From: Candidatus Jordarchaeales archaeon
GTDB lineage: Archaea; Asgardarchaeota; Jordiarchaeia; Jordiarchaeales; Freyrarchaeaceae
Assembly: GCA_038889235.1 (NCBI GenBank)
Contig: JAWAHN010000003.1
Coordinates: 413,703 to 445,702 of the forward strand
Length of the DNA stretch: 32,000 nt
Reading direction: 5' to 3'
Made by a program: the position numbers and the translations under genes. Of this stretch, positions 17,767 to 26,658 are shown in pieces. Each line of letters starts with the position of its first letter. The stretch's first letter is position 1. The notes under the pieces were generated by a model, which worked only from the letters and a program-made list of their open reading frames with translations, did no database searches and had not been told where the DNA came from.

Positions 17767-19728
17767 ATGAGTGATAAGAAAGGCGCCGAGAACGTCCGCA
17801 TAGGAGTTTTCGTGTGCCATTGTGGTACCAATATTGCTGGGGTCATAAACGTCGAGGAGCTCGTCAAATACGCTTCCAAGCTTCCGGGGGTTGTTGTCGC
17901 TAAGGATTACCGTTTCATGTGTTCCGACCCGGGCCAGAACATGATTAAGGAGGCCATAAGAGACTATAAGCTTAACAGGGTTGTGGTCGCAGCCTGCAGC
18001 CCGAGGCTTCACGAGGAAACCTTTAGGAAAGCCGTGGAGGCTGCTGGTTTAAACCCGTTCCTATTCGAGATGGCGAACATTAGAGAGCACTCAAGCTGGG
18101 TTCACATGAGGAGGCCTAAGGAAGCGCTAGAAAAGGCTAAAGACTTGATTAGAATGGCTGTCGCGAAAGTTAGGGTCTCAGAGCCGTTGGAAGTTAAAAT
18201 GGTGCCTGTCAAGGGAACGTGCGTCATTATAGGTGGCGGCGTTGCCGGAATTTCGGCTGCACTCGACTTAGCTGACGCGGGCTTCAAAGTACATCTTGTT
18301 GAGTCGTCACCTTCAATCGGTGGGCGGATGGCACAGCTGGACAAGACTTTTCCAACCATGGACTGCTCCGCCTGCATACTGACACCGTTAATGGTGATGG
18401 TTGCCCGCCATCCGAACATTACGCTTCACGCTTACAGTGAGGTCGTGAGTGTTGACGGGTACGTGGGGAACTTCAAGGTAAAGATAAGAGAGAAGTCGAG
18501 GTACGTGAAGAAGGAAGCGTGCACAGGGTGCGGTCTCTGTACTGACGTCTGCCCAGTACATGTGCCAAACGAGTTCGAGCTGGGGCTCGGCGTGAGAAAA
18601 GCAATATACGTTCCCTTCCCCCAGGCGGTCCCCAACACTTACACTATAGATAGGGATAAGTGCATAGAGTGCGAGTTGTGCACCAAGGTCTGCGAGGCCA
18701 AAGCAATAGACTTCAACATGCAGGACAAGGAGATCGAGATTGAAGCCGGAACGATAATAGTGGCGACTGGATATGACATCTTCCAGCCCTACGAAATGTA
18801 CCAGTACGGCTATGGCAGGTACGAGAACGTGATAACTTCTCTCCACATGGAGAGGCTCCTCAGCGCATCTGGGCCAACTGGAGGAAAGGTGATTGTCCCG
18901 TCGAGTGGTGAGAAGCCCAAGCGCGTAGCTTTCGTTCAGTGTGTGGGCTCAAGGGACGAGCACTACTTCCCCTACTGCTCGAGGGTTTGTTGCATGTACA
19001 GCTTGAAACACGCGAGACAGATAAAGGAGAAGTACCCTGACACCGAAGTGTACATCTTCTTCATAGACGTGAGAGCTTTCGGCAAGGGTTACGAGGAGTT
19101 CTACGAGATGGCTGCCAGAGAGTACGATGTGAAGATAGTAAGGGGCAAAGTGGCTGAGATATACGAGGACCCGAAGACCAAGAAATTACTCGTTAGGGCT
19201 GAAGACAGCCTTGTAGGCGAGCCCATAGAAATGGAGTTCGACATGGTTGTTCTCGCCACAGCAGTCAAGCCAAGTGCGGGAGCTGAAAAGATACAGCAGA
19301 TACTGAAGCTCTCTAGAAGCGCGGACGGATTCTTCCTAGAAGCCCACCCCAAGCTGAGACCAGTAGACACGTTCACTGACGGAGTATTTGTGGCAGGTAT
19401 GGCCCAAGGTCCGAAGGATATACCGGACACCGTGGCGCAGGCTAAGGGTGCGGCTGCGAGGGCTGCAGCTCTCATGGGCAAGGGAGAGGTCGCGATAGAG
19501 CCGTACTACGCCGTGGTCAACGAGGAAATATGCTCCGGGTGCAAGACGTGCTCCGGGATCTGCCCATACGGGGCAATAAGCTACAACGAGGACGGCAGAG
19601 CAGTAATAAACAGCGCTCTATGCAAGGGCTGCGGTGCATGCGCGGCAGCATGCCCATCAAACGCGATAGAGCCAAACCACTTCAAGTTCCGCCAGATCAT
19701 GGAACAGATACTGGCGGCGTTCGAGTAA
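17767..19728 (+). CDS. hdrA: Heterodisulfide reductase subunit A (electron-bifurcating flavoprotein)
   Basis: GVFVCHCG, AACSPRLHE, GGGVAG, LDKTFPTMDCSACIL, CTGCGLCTDVCP, QCVGSRD...YCSRVCC, GPKDIP, and a C-terminal double ferredoxin. Confidence 0.97.
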   Translation: MSDKKGAENVRIGVFVCHCGTNIAGVINVEELVKYASKLPGVVVAKDYRFMCSDPGQNMIKEAIRDYKLNRVVVAACSPRLHEETFRKAVEAAGLNPFLFEMANIREHSSWVHMRRPKEALEKAKDLIRMAVAKVRVSEPLEVKMVPVKGTCVIIGGGVAGISAALDLADAGFKVHLVESSPSIGGRMAQLDKTFPTMDCSACILTPLMVMVARHPNITLHAYSEVVSVDGYVGNFKVKIREKSRYVKKEACTGCGLCTDVCPVHVPNEFELGLGVRKAIYVPFPQAVPNTYTIDRDKCIECELCTKVCEAKAIDFNMQDKEIEIEAGTIIVATGYDIFQPYEMYQYGYGRYENVITSLHMERLLSASGPTGGKVIVPSSGEKPKRVAFVQCVGSRDEHYFPYCSRVCCMYSLKHARQIKEKYPDTEVYIFFIDVRAFGKGYEEFYEMAAREYDVKIVRGKVAEIYEDPKTKKLLVRAEDSLVGEPIEMEFDMVVLATAVKPSAGAEKIQQILKLSRSADGFFLEAHPKLRPVDTFTDGVFVAGMAQGPKDIPDTVAQAKGAAARAAALMGKGEVAIEPYYAVVNEEICSGCKTCSGICPYGAISYNEDGRAVINSALCKGCGACAAACPSNAIEPNHFKFRQIMEQILAAFE

Positions 19729-19956
19729 CGCGAACACCCAACTGCACCTCTTATACCTCCCTTTCTTTTCTCTGCTCGAGCCGCACACTTCTTCGACACG
19801 TTTCTTCCTTAAGTTGCTGACCCTGTGATCGCCACGTTTTTCGCCTAATCAAACCTGTAACGTTTTAACAAAGCCCTAGACAAATAGAGGAAACTTTTTT
19901 ATAGAATGCGCTCGAAGGTAGAGGTGAATGCTGACCAAGCGCTTAAGGTGATTGAT

Positions 19957-20511
19957 TTGTCAACTACACAGCTCATCAAAAAGTTTGACACCGACTTCAC
20001 GCAAGAAGTCATAGAGTATGCTTCCAAGTTCTTCGAAAACGTGGAAAACGTGAAGAGCTGCATTCAATGCGCAACATGCACCGGGTCTTGCCCCAGCGGA
20101 CGCGAAACCGCCTGGCGAGTGAGAAAACTGATAAGGCAGATCCAGCTTGGACTTAAAAACGCAGCAATAAGAAACGACGTTTTATGGGATTGCACTACAT
20201 GCTACACCTGCCAGGAGAGGTGTCCCAGGCTTATCCCGATAACGGATATCGTTCGAGCCGTGAGAAACATTGCTGTCCGTAACGGGTTCATGCTACCCAG
20301 ACACGTCCAGGTAGCTGGCCTCATGATCAAGCACGGCCATGCTGTTCCGATCAATGATGAGGTGAAGGCGGTGAGGAAGGAGATAGGGTTAAGCGAGCTT
20401 CCACCCACCGTCCACTCATACCCCGACGCGCTGGGGGAGGTTAAAAAGCTGCTTGACGAGACTGGATTCACTAAGTTAGTGGAGGAAGCGTCTAAGGGGG
20501 TTCAGAAATGA
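19957..20511 (+). CDS. hdrC: Heterodisulfide reductase subunit C
   Basis: CIQCATCTGSCPSG and WDCTTCYTCQERCPR. Start placed at TTG 19957 (GGTGA RBS; a TATA-like TTTTTATA near 19895 overlaps the longer ORF start at 19906). Confidence 0.93.
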   Translation: MSTTQLIKKFDTDFTQEVIEYASKFFENVENVKSCIQCATCTGSCPSGRETAWRVRKLIRQIQLGLKNAAIRNDVLWDCTTCYTCQERCPRLIPITDIVRAVRNIAVRNGFMLPRHVQVAGLMIKHGHAVPINDEVKAVRKEIGLSELPPTVHSYPDALGEVKKLLDETGFTKLVEEASKGVQK

Positions 20512-21398
20512 GCAAGTACGCTTATTTCTTAGGTTGTTTAACCCCAAACAGGTATCCGGGTATTGAGGCGGCGACTATTGATCTTTTGAGGATGTTTGAC
20601 ATCGAACTTGACTACATGAAGGGTACTTCTTGCTGTCCTGCTCCGGGGGTTTTCGGTAGCTTCGACCTTGAAACTTGGCTCACTGTGGCGGCTAGGAACA
20701 TTTCGATTGCCGAGGAAATGGGGAGGGATATCACGCTGACTTGTAACGGTTGCTTTGCCACTCTCCAAGAAGCAGACCACATGCTTAAGGGTAACAGGGA
20801 GCTTGTGAAGCTTATTAACAACCACCTGTCGAAGGTTGGTAGGCAGTATAAGGGGACGGTCAACGTAGTCCACGTGATAGAAATACTCTACAACGAAATA
20901 GGGCCGGAGAAGATAAGGGATAGGGTTGTCCAGCCGCTTGACGGAATCAAAGTTGCCTGTCATTACGGCTGCCACTTCCTTAAGCCGAGCTCTGTGAGGC
21001 AGAAGGGCAACCCGGAGAACCCGACTATGCTTGAGGAGCTCGTTGAAGCCGTAGGTGCAACACCAGTAGAATACAAGGATAAGAAGATGTGCTGCGGGGC
21101 AGGAGGAGGGGTCAGAGCTGGGAAGATAGATGTAGCATTAGAGATGACGCGGAAGAAGCTCGACGCCATGATCGAGGCGGGAGCAGACTGCATAACTACT
21201 CCATGCGTTTTCTGCCAGTTCCAGTTTGACCAGGGTCAGACAGAGATCAACAACAAGCTTGGGGTTGAGAAGTACAAGGTGCCAGTTGTCTTCATAACGC
21301 AACTTATTGGGTTAGCGCTGGGCATATCGCCGAGAAGGATGGGACTACACCGCCACAGAATACCAGTCAAACCCGTGCTTGATAAGATTTTCCACTAG
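20508..21398 (+). CDS. hdrB: Heterodisulfide reductase subunit B
   Basis: Two CCG domains: YFLGC, SCCPAPG, TCNGCF, HYGCHFL, MCCGAGGG, TPCVFCQFQFD. Confidence 0.95.
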   Translation: MSKYAYFLGCLTPNRYPGIEAATIDLLRMFDIELDYMKGTSCCPAPGVFGSFDLETWLTVAARNISIAEEMGRDITLTCNGCFATLQEADHMLKGNRELVKLINNHLSKVGRQYKGTVNVVHVIEILYNEIGPEKIRDRVVQPLDGIKVACHYGCHFLKPSSVRQKGNPENPTMLEELVEAVGATPVEYKDKKMCCGAGGGVRAGKIDVALEMTRKKLDAMIEAGADCITTPCVFCQFQFDQGQTEINNKLGVEKYKVPVVFITQLIGLALGISPRRMGLHRHRIPVKPVLDKIFH

Positions 21399-21695
21399 CA
21401 GCCTCTTTCAGGCCACTCTTTTTCTCCTTCAAAAAATCCTCAACTTGAGAGCTTTTTGAAAAATGCGCGCACGCAGGTTTAGCGTTCACTTCTTCTTGTA
21501 GTCCCTTGTACACTTTATTCTTCCACGCCATATGTTTTCCAGCTTGAAGTTTTACCTGCCGCATTTTGATGCGGCTTCCATCATTCTTCGTTTTAGCTTA
21601 ATGGGATTGGTGGCTCAGCGCTTTAGCCTCATGTCGCTGATTCGGCAGCCGGGTTCCCAACTGTTGAACGACGAAAAATGTTGTGTAGGGAGGCT

Positions 21696-21721
21696 TTTAT
21701 TAGAACACGTGTTCTAATAAA
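21696..21721. repeat. 26-bp perfect palindrome
   Basis: TTTATTAGAACAC|GTGTTCTAATAAA, 13+13 bp with no spacer. Confidence 0.95.
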
Positions 21722-22053
21722 GAGTCAACCGTTTACGAAGCCATCACTTCTCCACTATTTTCAAGGTTGGACCGTTGAAGTTTACTTTGGTGGTCTTGCA
21801 GTTGACGGCTGCGTGATAACCAACTCTCTGGATTTGTAGAGTTACGTGACCTTGCCTGTGTACATGATTTGGGTGCCTCTGGGGGGCTTAGTTTTACTTA
21901 ACTATGGCTGTGAAAAACTGGGGCAGTGGTCCTTGGTAAGTTAAAAGGAGGGAGTGGTTTTGGTTTTGTTTGACGTTCTCTTTTTGGCAAATTTTGTCGG
22001 TATTTTGGTGATTTTTGTTTTTCGCGCCTTTAACTTTTCCCTTCGTGGGGGTT

Positions 22054-23178
22054 TTACTTTAGGCTTTCTATTTTTCTGGCGATGGCGTCTCCGACTTCGC
22101 TTGTCTTGCTTGGCTTGACGTTGGCGTATCTTCCCTTGCAGAGGTCTGCTGTCCTCACTTTTCCTTCTGCAAGTACTTCTGCCACCCCGCGCTCTATTAG
22201 TTGTGCCGCTCTCCTGCAGGATTCATCGCTGTGTCTTTGGGCAAGCCAGTCGAGCATCATTTTCGCCGACAGTATCGAGCCTATGGGGTTTGCCATGTTT
22301 TTTCCCGCTATGTCTGGGGCTGTCCCGTGTACTGGTTCGAACATGGCGTGCCTGTCTCCTATGTTCCCGCTTGGAGCCATCCCCATGCCTCCTATGAGCA
22401 CGGATGAGAGGTCTGAAAGAATGTCGCCGAACATGTTCGTGGTCACTATAACATCGTAGTGTTCCGGTGCCCTTATCATCCACTGAGTCATCGCATCCAC
22501 GTACACGTACTCGCGTTCAACCCCCGGGTACCTAGCGGCAACCTCATCGAAAATCTTCCTGAAGAATTTGCACCCGTCAAGCACGTTGCTCTTGTCCACG
22601 CAAGTCACCCTGCGCCTTCCATCAACTGGAGCCCCGTTCCTCGACAAACAAAGCTTGAAAGCGTAGTCTATGATCCTCTCGCACCCTTTCCTTGTCAGGA
22701 TTCTCACGTCTACGGCTGCCTCCTCAACTTCACCCCTGCTAAGGAATCCCTTAATCTGGGCGTAAAGGTCCTCGGTGTTCTCACGCACTATCACGAAGTC
22801 CACCTTGTCTTTTCCAGGGGCGAGAGGCTCAACACCACTGTAAAGGCGGGCGGGCCTAACGTTTGCATAAAGATCTAAGCCGAACCTTATGTCGAGGAGT
22901 ATCCTTATCCCTGCAAGCTGACCGTTCGGGAGAACGGCTTCGGGCCATCCGACCGCGCCGAAGAGTATGGCGTCAGCCTTCTTGCAAATGTCGAAAGCGT
23001 CTTCAGGCCACTCTCGTCCGGTTTCCAAGTAGTACATTCCACCGCACGGGACCTCTACGTAGTCAAGGTCGAAGCCACCGGCAACGCTTGCAGCAGTGTC
23101 CAAAACCTTGACTGCTTCGGGGACAACCTCCCGGCCGACACCGTCCCCTGGAAGGACAGCAATCTCGTAGCGCCTCAA
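22054..23178 (-). CDS. Isocitrate/isopropylmalate/tartrate dehydrogenase family beta-decarboxylating dehydrogenase
   Basis: LPGDGVG, LDLYANVRP, VRENTEDLY, VDKSNV, NMFGDILSD, FEPVHGTAPDIAGK, ANP. GAVGWP resembles tartrate/D-malate dehydrogenases. Confidence 0.9.
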   Translation of the reverse strand: MRRYEIAVLPGDGVGREVVPEAVKVLDTAASVAGGFDLDYVEVPCGGMYYLETGREWPEDAFDICKKADAILFGAVGWPEAVLPNGQLAGIRILLDIRFGLDLYANVRPARLYSGVEPLAPGKDKVDFVIVRENTEDLYAQIKGFLSRGEVEEAAVDVRILTRKGCERIIDYAFKLCLSRNGAPVDGRRRVTCVDKSNVLDGCKFFRKIFDEVAARYPGVEREYVYVDAMTQWMIRAPEHYDVIVTTNMFGDILSDLSSVLIGGMGMAPSGNIGDRHAMFEPVHGTAPDIAGKNMANPIGSILSAKMMLDWLAQRHSDESCRRAAQLIERGVAEVLAEGKVRTADLCKGRYANVKPSKTSEVGDAIARKIESLK

Positions 23179-23298
23179 CCATAAACACCTCTAAGGCGAT
23201 CCTAAGACCAAGAAACGAGAAACGCCAACTTAAAAGGTTCGCGCGAGAAAAAGCCGAAAGAACGATGAGAAGATAAAAGAGATGGAAATGTTGAGAGA

Positions 23299-24579
23299 TT
23301 AAACCAGCTGGTTGAGCAACTCTAGTAGTTCTACTACTTCGATTTTTGACCCGCTAGCGTTGACGGCGTCTCTCAGGTTCCTGACGCAGAACGGGCAGGA
23401 AGTCACTATGGCTTGGGCGCCTGTAGCCTCTGCTTCTTTAACTCTCTCTATGCCAGTCCACAGCGCGAGGTCGGGGAACTGGGTCTTAACTCCACCACCC
23501 GCTCCACAGCACCATGCGTCTTCCTTTATTCTGTACATTTCGACTAGTTGTAGGCCAGGTATTGCCTTGAGTATTTTCCTCGGAATCTCATACCACTCTT
23601 CTTTCTTCCTCTTGATCTCCCTCTCGTCGAGGAACCAGTTCGTGGACTTGGCTAGCTCCTCGCGTTCAAGATCGAGGGCTATGTGTCTCATGAGGTGGCA
23701 TGGGTCGTGCCAGGTTACCTTCTTGTTGTAGCTTCCCTTGAACTTTATCTTGCCCTGACCTATCAGGTCTGCTACCAGCTCGATAGTGTGCTTCGGAGTG
23801 AACGGCAGCTTGGATTTACTGTACTTGGGGTAGTCTACCTTGAATGTCCTGTAGCACCCGGCGCAGCTGAACACGAGCGTATCATAGTCCTTGAACGTCT
23901 TAAGGTTCTCGTTCATAACTCTCTTAGCCTCACTCCGCTGCCCCGTTCTGAAGAGCGGGGAGCCGCAGCAGACCTCGTCTTCGAGCACCGCGAACTCTAT
24001 TCCAAGCTTGTTCAAAAGTTCAGCGGTCGCCTTAGCGACCTGCTTCTCTCTGTATGAAGCGGTGCAACCGACGAAGTATGCGACTTTGGCATCCTTCTTG
24101 GGCTTGACCTTTGTTCCTTCAAGCCACTTAGTTCTATCCTCGTGTTTTTCAGCGTACGGGTTGTTAACCTGACTTATGTTCTTGCCTAGAGCAGCGGTCT
24201 TGGGCAGTAATGGGATGCCCGCCTCGACACAGGCCGCCCTCGCAGCCTCAATAAGCTCGACGGTGGGCAGCTTGTTCTCGCACTGCGCCTGGCAGTTGCC
24301 GCATGTAGTGCAGGGGTAAATTAGGTCTCTCACACTTTCACTTGGTACAAGGCTTCCTTCAAGCATCGACCTGATAATCCACATTCTTCCACTGTTTAGG
24401 TAGCCTTCCCAAAGCTTGTAGTAAGATCCAGAGGGGCACCCTTCTATCATTCCTTCGTAAAGCGTGCCTTTGTACTCTCCGATGCCCTCCCTGTCTGGTT
24501 CTCCTGAGTAGGAGAACATGCATGCTTTGCAGTGTATGCACCTGAACAGTTCCTTCTTTAATGCTAGTAGGTCTTCCAT
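23299..24579 (-). CDS. HdrD/GlcF-like Fe-S oxidoreductase (2x[4Fe-4S] plus two CCG domains)
   Basis: CIHCKAC...CP, CTTCGNCQAQC, YFVGC, VCCGSP, FSCAGC, WHDPCH, CCGAGGG, TSCPFC. Start placed at ATG 24579. TATA-like AAAAAGTTTAAAAA lies upstream. Confidence 0.85.
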   Translation of the reverse strand: MEDLLALKKELFRCIHCKACMFSYSGEPDREGIGEYKGTLYEGMIEGCPSGSYYKLWEGYLNSGRMWIIRSMLEGSLVPSESVRDLIYPCTTCGNCQAQCENKLPTVELIEAARAACVEAGIPLLPKTAALGKNISQVNNPYAEKHEDRTKWLEGTKVKPKKDAKVAYFVGCTASYREKQVAKATAELLNKLGIEFAVLEDEVCCGSPLFRTGQRSEAKRVMNENLKTFKDYDTLVFSCAGCYRTFKVDYPKYSKSKLPFTPKHTIELVADLIGQGKIKFKGSYNKKVTWHDPCHLMRHIALDLEREELAKSTNWFLDEREIKRKKEEWYEIPRKILKAIPGLQLVEMYRIKEDAWCCGAGGGVKTQFPDLALWTGIERVKEAEATGAQAIVTSCPFCVRNLRDAVNASGSKIEVVELLELLNQLV

Positions 24580-24953
24580 TTCGCCATCCCCACGATACAT
24601 TAATTTAGTTTATTTTTTAAACTTTTTGTTCCGCACAGAGGGGGTTTTCGTCTCTCCATCGAAGAGTACTGGATATAAATTTTGTGTCGCAACCCCCTTG
24701 CAGGCAGCTTCTTCGAACATATTAACCCTAAAAACGTGGACACTACTCCACTCTAACCCAGCCCTCTTTAAGAACCACCTGCTGGTTTTTCACCCAGTCG
24801 CTTCGCGTCAGCCGTTGAGGGCGCTGCCGTTTGCCGCTCCCGCCGCCACATGTTTTTCTCTACAAGTTCTCCGTTTTAGCCTGCATCGACTTGAAAAAGC
24901 GCAGCCCTAACTTGCCTCTGCGACACTATACTATGCGGGGCTTGTGTATCTCG

Positions 24954-26522
24954 TCATCCTAGGCACTTTCTTATTTTTGCCGCTTCGTAGAGGTATCTTC
25001 GCGCTTCCCCGTTGTTTTCTTCCAGGTAGGATATGAGGAAGTTGTTTATGGTGTTCGCGTGCTTTCTCTGGGTGAGGCTCCTAGGCCCCACTTTTACTTG
25101 CAGGTAGTTTTGGGCTACTTCTATGTCTTCGAGTATCTTTGTTATGGCGAGGGCTAGCTTTTCCTCTTGTGCCCCGACTTTTCTAGCTATTTTCGAGCAT
25201 GCCCCGCTGATGGCGTTTATGTTTTCGTATGATAGGTGTTCCGCGGCTGTTTGTACATCGTGTTTAAGGTTGACGTAGTACATGTTTAGCGTGTCCCATT
25301 CTTCCTCGTTCAGGTTTTCCAGCGCCCTTAACCCTATGAGTTCGGGAGGTATTCCTAGCGTGTAGAGTGCTGCCGCGAAAGGTATGGCTCTTGGTAACGT
25401 AACGCCGCCTAAGCTTCTACTGTAGCCGAAAAGCCCTATGTGAAGTTTTCTAGACCTTCTCTTTGGGACAAGAGATGCAACGTCGTTTATGAGTGATGCT
25501 AAGTTTGTTACAACCTCCTGGTAGCTTGCCTTGAGTTTTTGTATCACGCTAATCAAAATTTCTTCTTCGTGTGGTTCTATGACCTGCTGCTTGCCGTAAG
25601 GTAGTAGGGTGTTGAGCGATTTCACGGTTTTCTTGACCTCTTCCAACGGGTGGTCGTATTTTAGCGCCGACTGTATTGTTACGGTGCAGACCCCCTTATA
25701 CTCTTCGAGAAAGTTTTTGATGTTGTTAGGCGAGAGGTGCCCCCTGAAAGGCAGTGTTCCAACGCCTATTATGGGGTATATCGGTGTCCCCGTCTCCTCC
25801 TCCACTCTCGCAAGCATTGAAAGAGCTATCTTGGAGAGAAGGACTGCTGGTATGATGCCATAGTTCAAGGCTGGATCGGACCTTGCGAGGAACGTTCTGA
25901 GGTAAGGCGGGTGAACCACGTTGATGTATTCGGCAACTATCTTGTCGGCTCTCAGGAGGCTTTCCATGTCCTCTATTAAGGGGATAACCTCTATGGTCGG
26001 GGGTTTGAAGCATCCAAGCCAGTCCACCACCTTCACTGAGTCGTCGAGTTCTATTTCCTGTATTCCGGCGACTGCTCTTCTATAGTAGTTGTAGAGCCAG
26101 AGTAGTTCTCTACCATTCGTGGTGAAGGGAAGTATGACCTCGAATATCGGTGTTACCTCCACGTTGTAGAATTTTGATGAGACATCGAAATTTACGGGTA
26201 TGCTCGCAAGGCTCTCAACTATGATCTTCTTTTCGGCTTCTTCGACCCTCGGGTTTGGAAGCCTGTAGGTAAGGAAGATGTCCCTTCCGATCACGTTTTC
26301 CCTGAAGTACTCTCCGTAGTTGAGGAGGAGTTTTCTCATCACATGGGTGTCGACGTCCTTTCCCTCAGCGTCCCACATGACCTCCTGGCATCCAAGCTCG
26401 CTGAAGGCGAAGAAGGCTTCGTAGACTTCGTCCTCTCCCTCGAGCACCTCGCCTTTACACCACTGGGGGACAGTAGCATTGTCCGGGTGCTGGGTTGACA
26501 TTGTACGAGGTATAACTCTCAA
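24954..26522 (-). CDS. ppcA: Archaeal-type phosphoenolpyruvate carboxylase
   Basis: IPRTMSTQHPDN, EVMWDAEGK, FEVILPFTT, IEVIPLIED, FLARSDPALNYG, GTLPFRG, LHIGLFGYSR, LPRAIPF. Start probably TTG 26522 (the ORF extends to 26555). Confidence 0.95.
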   Translation of the reverse strand: MRVIPRTMSTQHPDNATVPQWCKGEVLEGEDEVYEAFFAFSELGCQEVMWDAEGKDVDTHVMRKLLLNYGEYFRENVIGRDIFLTYRLPNPRVEEAEKKIIVESLASIPVNFDVSSKFYNVEVTPIFEVILPFTTNGRELLWLYNYYRRAVAGIQEIELDDSVKVVDWLGCFKPPTIEVIPLIEDMESLLRADKIVAEYINVVHPPYLRTFLARSDPALNYGIIPAVLLSKIALSMLARVEEETGTPIYPIIGVGTLPFRGHLSPNNIKNFLEEYKGVCTVTIQSALKYDHPLEEVKKTVKSLNTLLPYGKQQVIEPHEEEILISVIQKLKASYQEVVTNLASLINDVASLVPKRRSRKLHIGLFGYSRSLGGVTLPRAIPFAAALYTLGIPPELIGLRALENLNEEEWDTLNMYYVNLKHDVQTAAEHLSYENINAISGACSKIARKVGAQEEKLALAITKILEDIEVAQNYLQVKVGPRSLTQRKHANTINNFLISYLEENNGEARRYLYEAAKIRKCLG

Positions 26523-26658
26523 CTTGACAAACACCAACTTAACTTTTACCTTCACTGAAAAATTGGGGCAATATAAACCTTATTATGTAAAATGATTGTT
26601 GGGCAAAAACAACATAAAATTTTACAAATGTAAATATTCAGCTGCAACCTGCCGAGTA

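Noticed and set aside
21601-21665. tRNA-like start GGGATTGGTGGCTCAGC (considered as a possible tRNA-Sec)
   Set aside because: No TTCRA T-loop, no complementary acceptor stem and no UCA anticodon arm could be built.
24518-24910. 130-aa plus-strand ORF and GC-rich stretch between the HdrD-like gene and ppcA
   Set aside because: It overlaps the HdrD-like start and promoter antisense, has non-coding-like composition, and shows no RNA family features.
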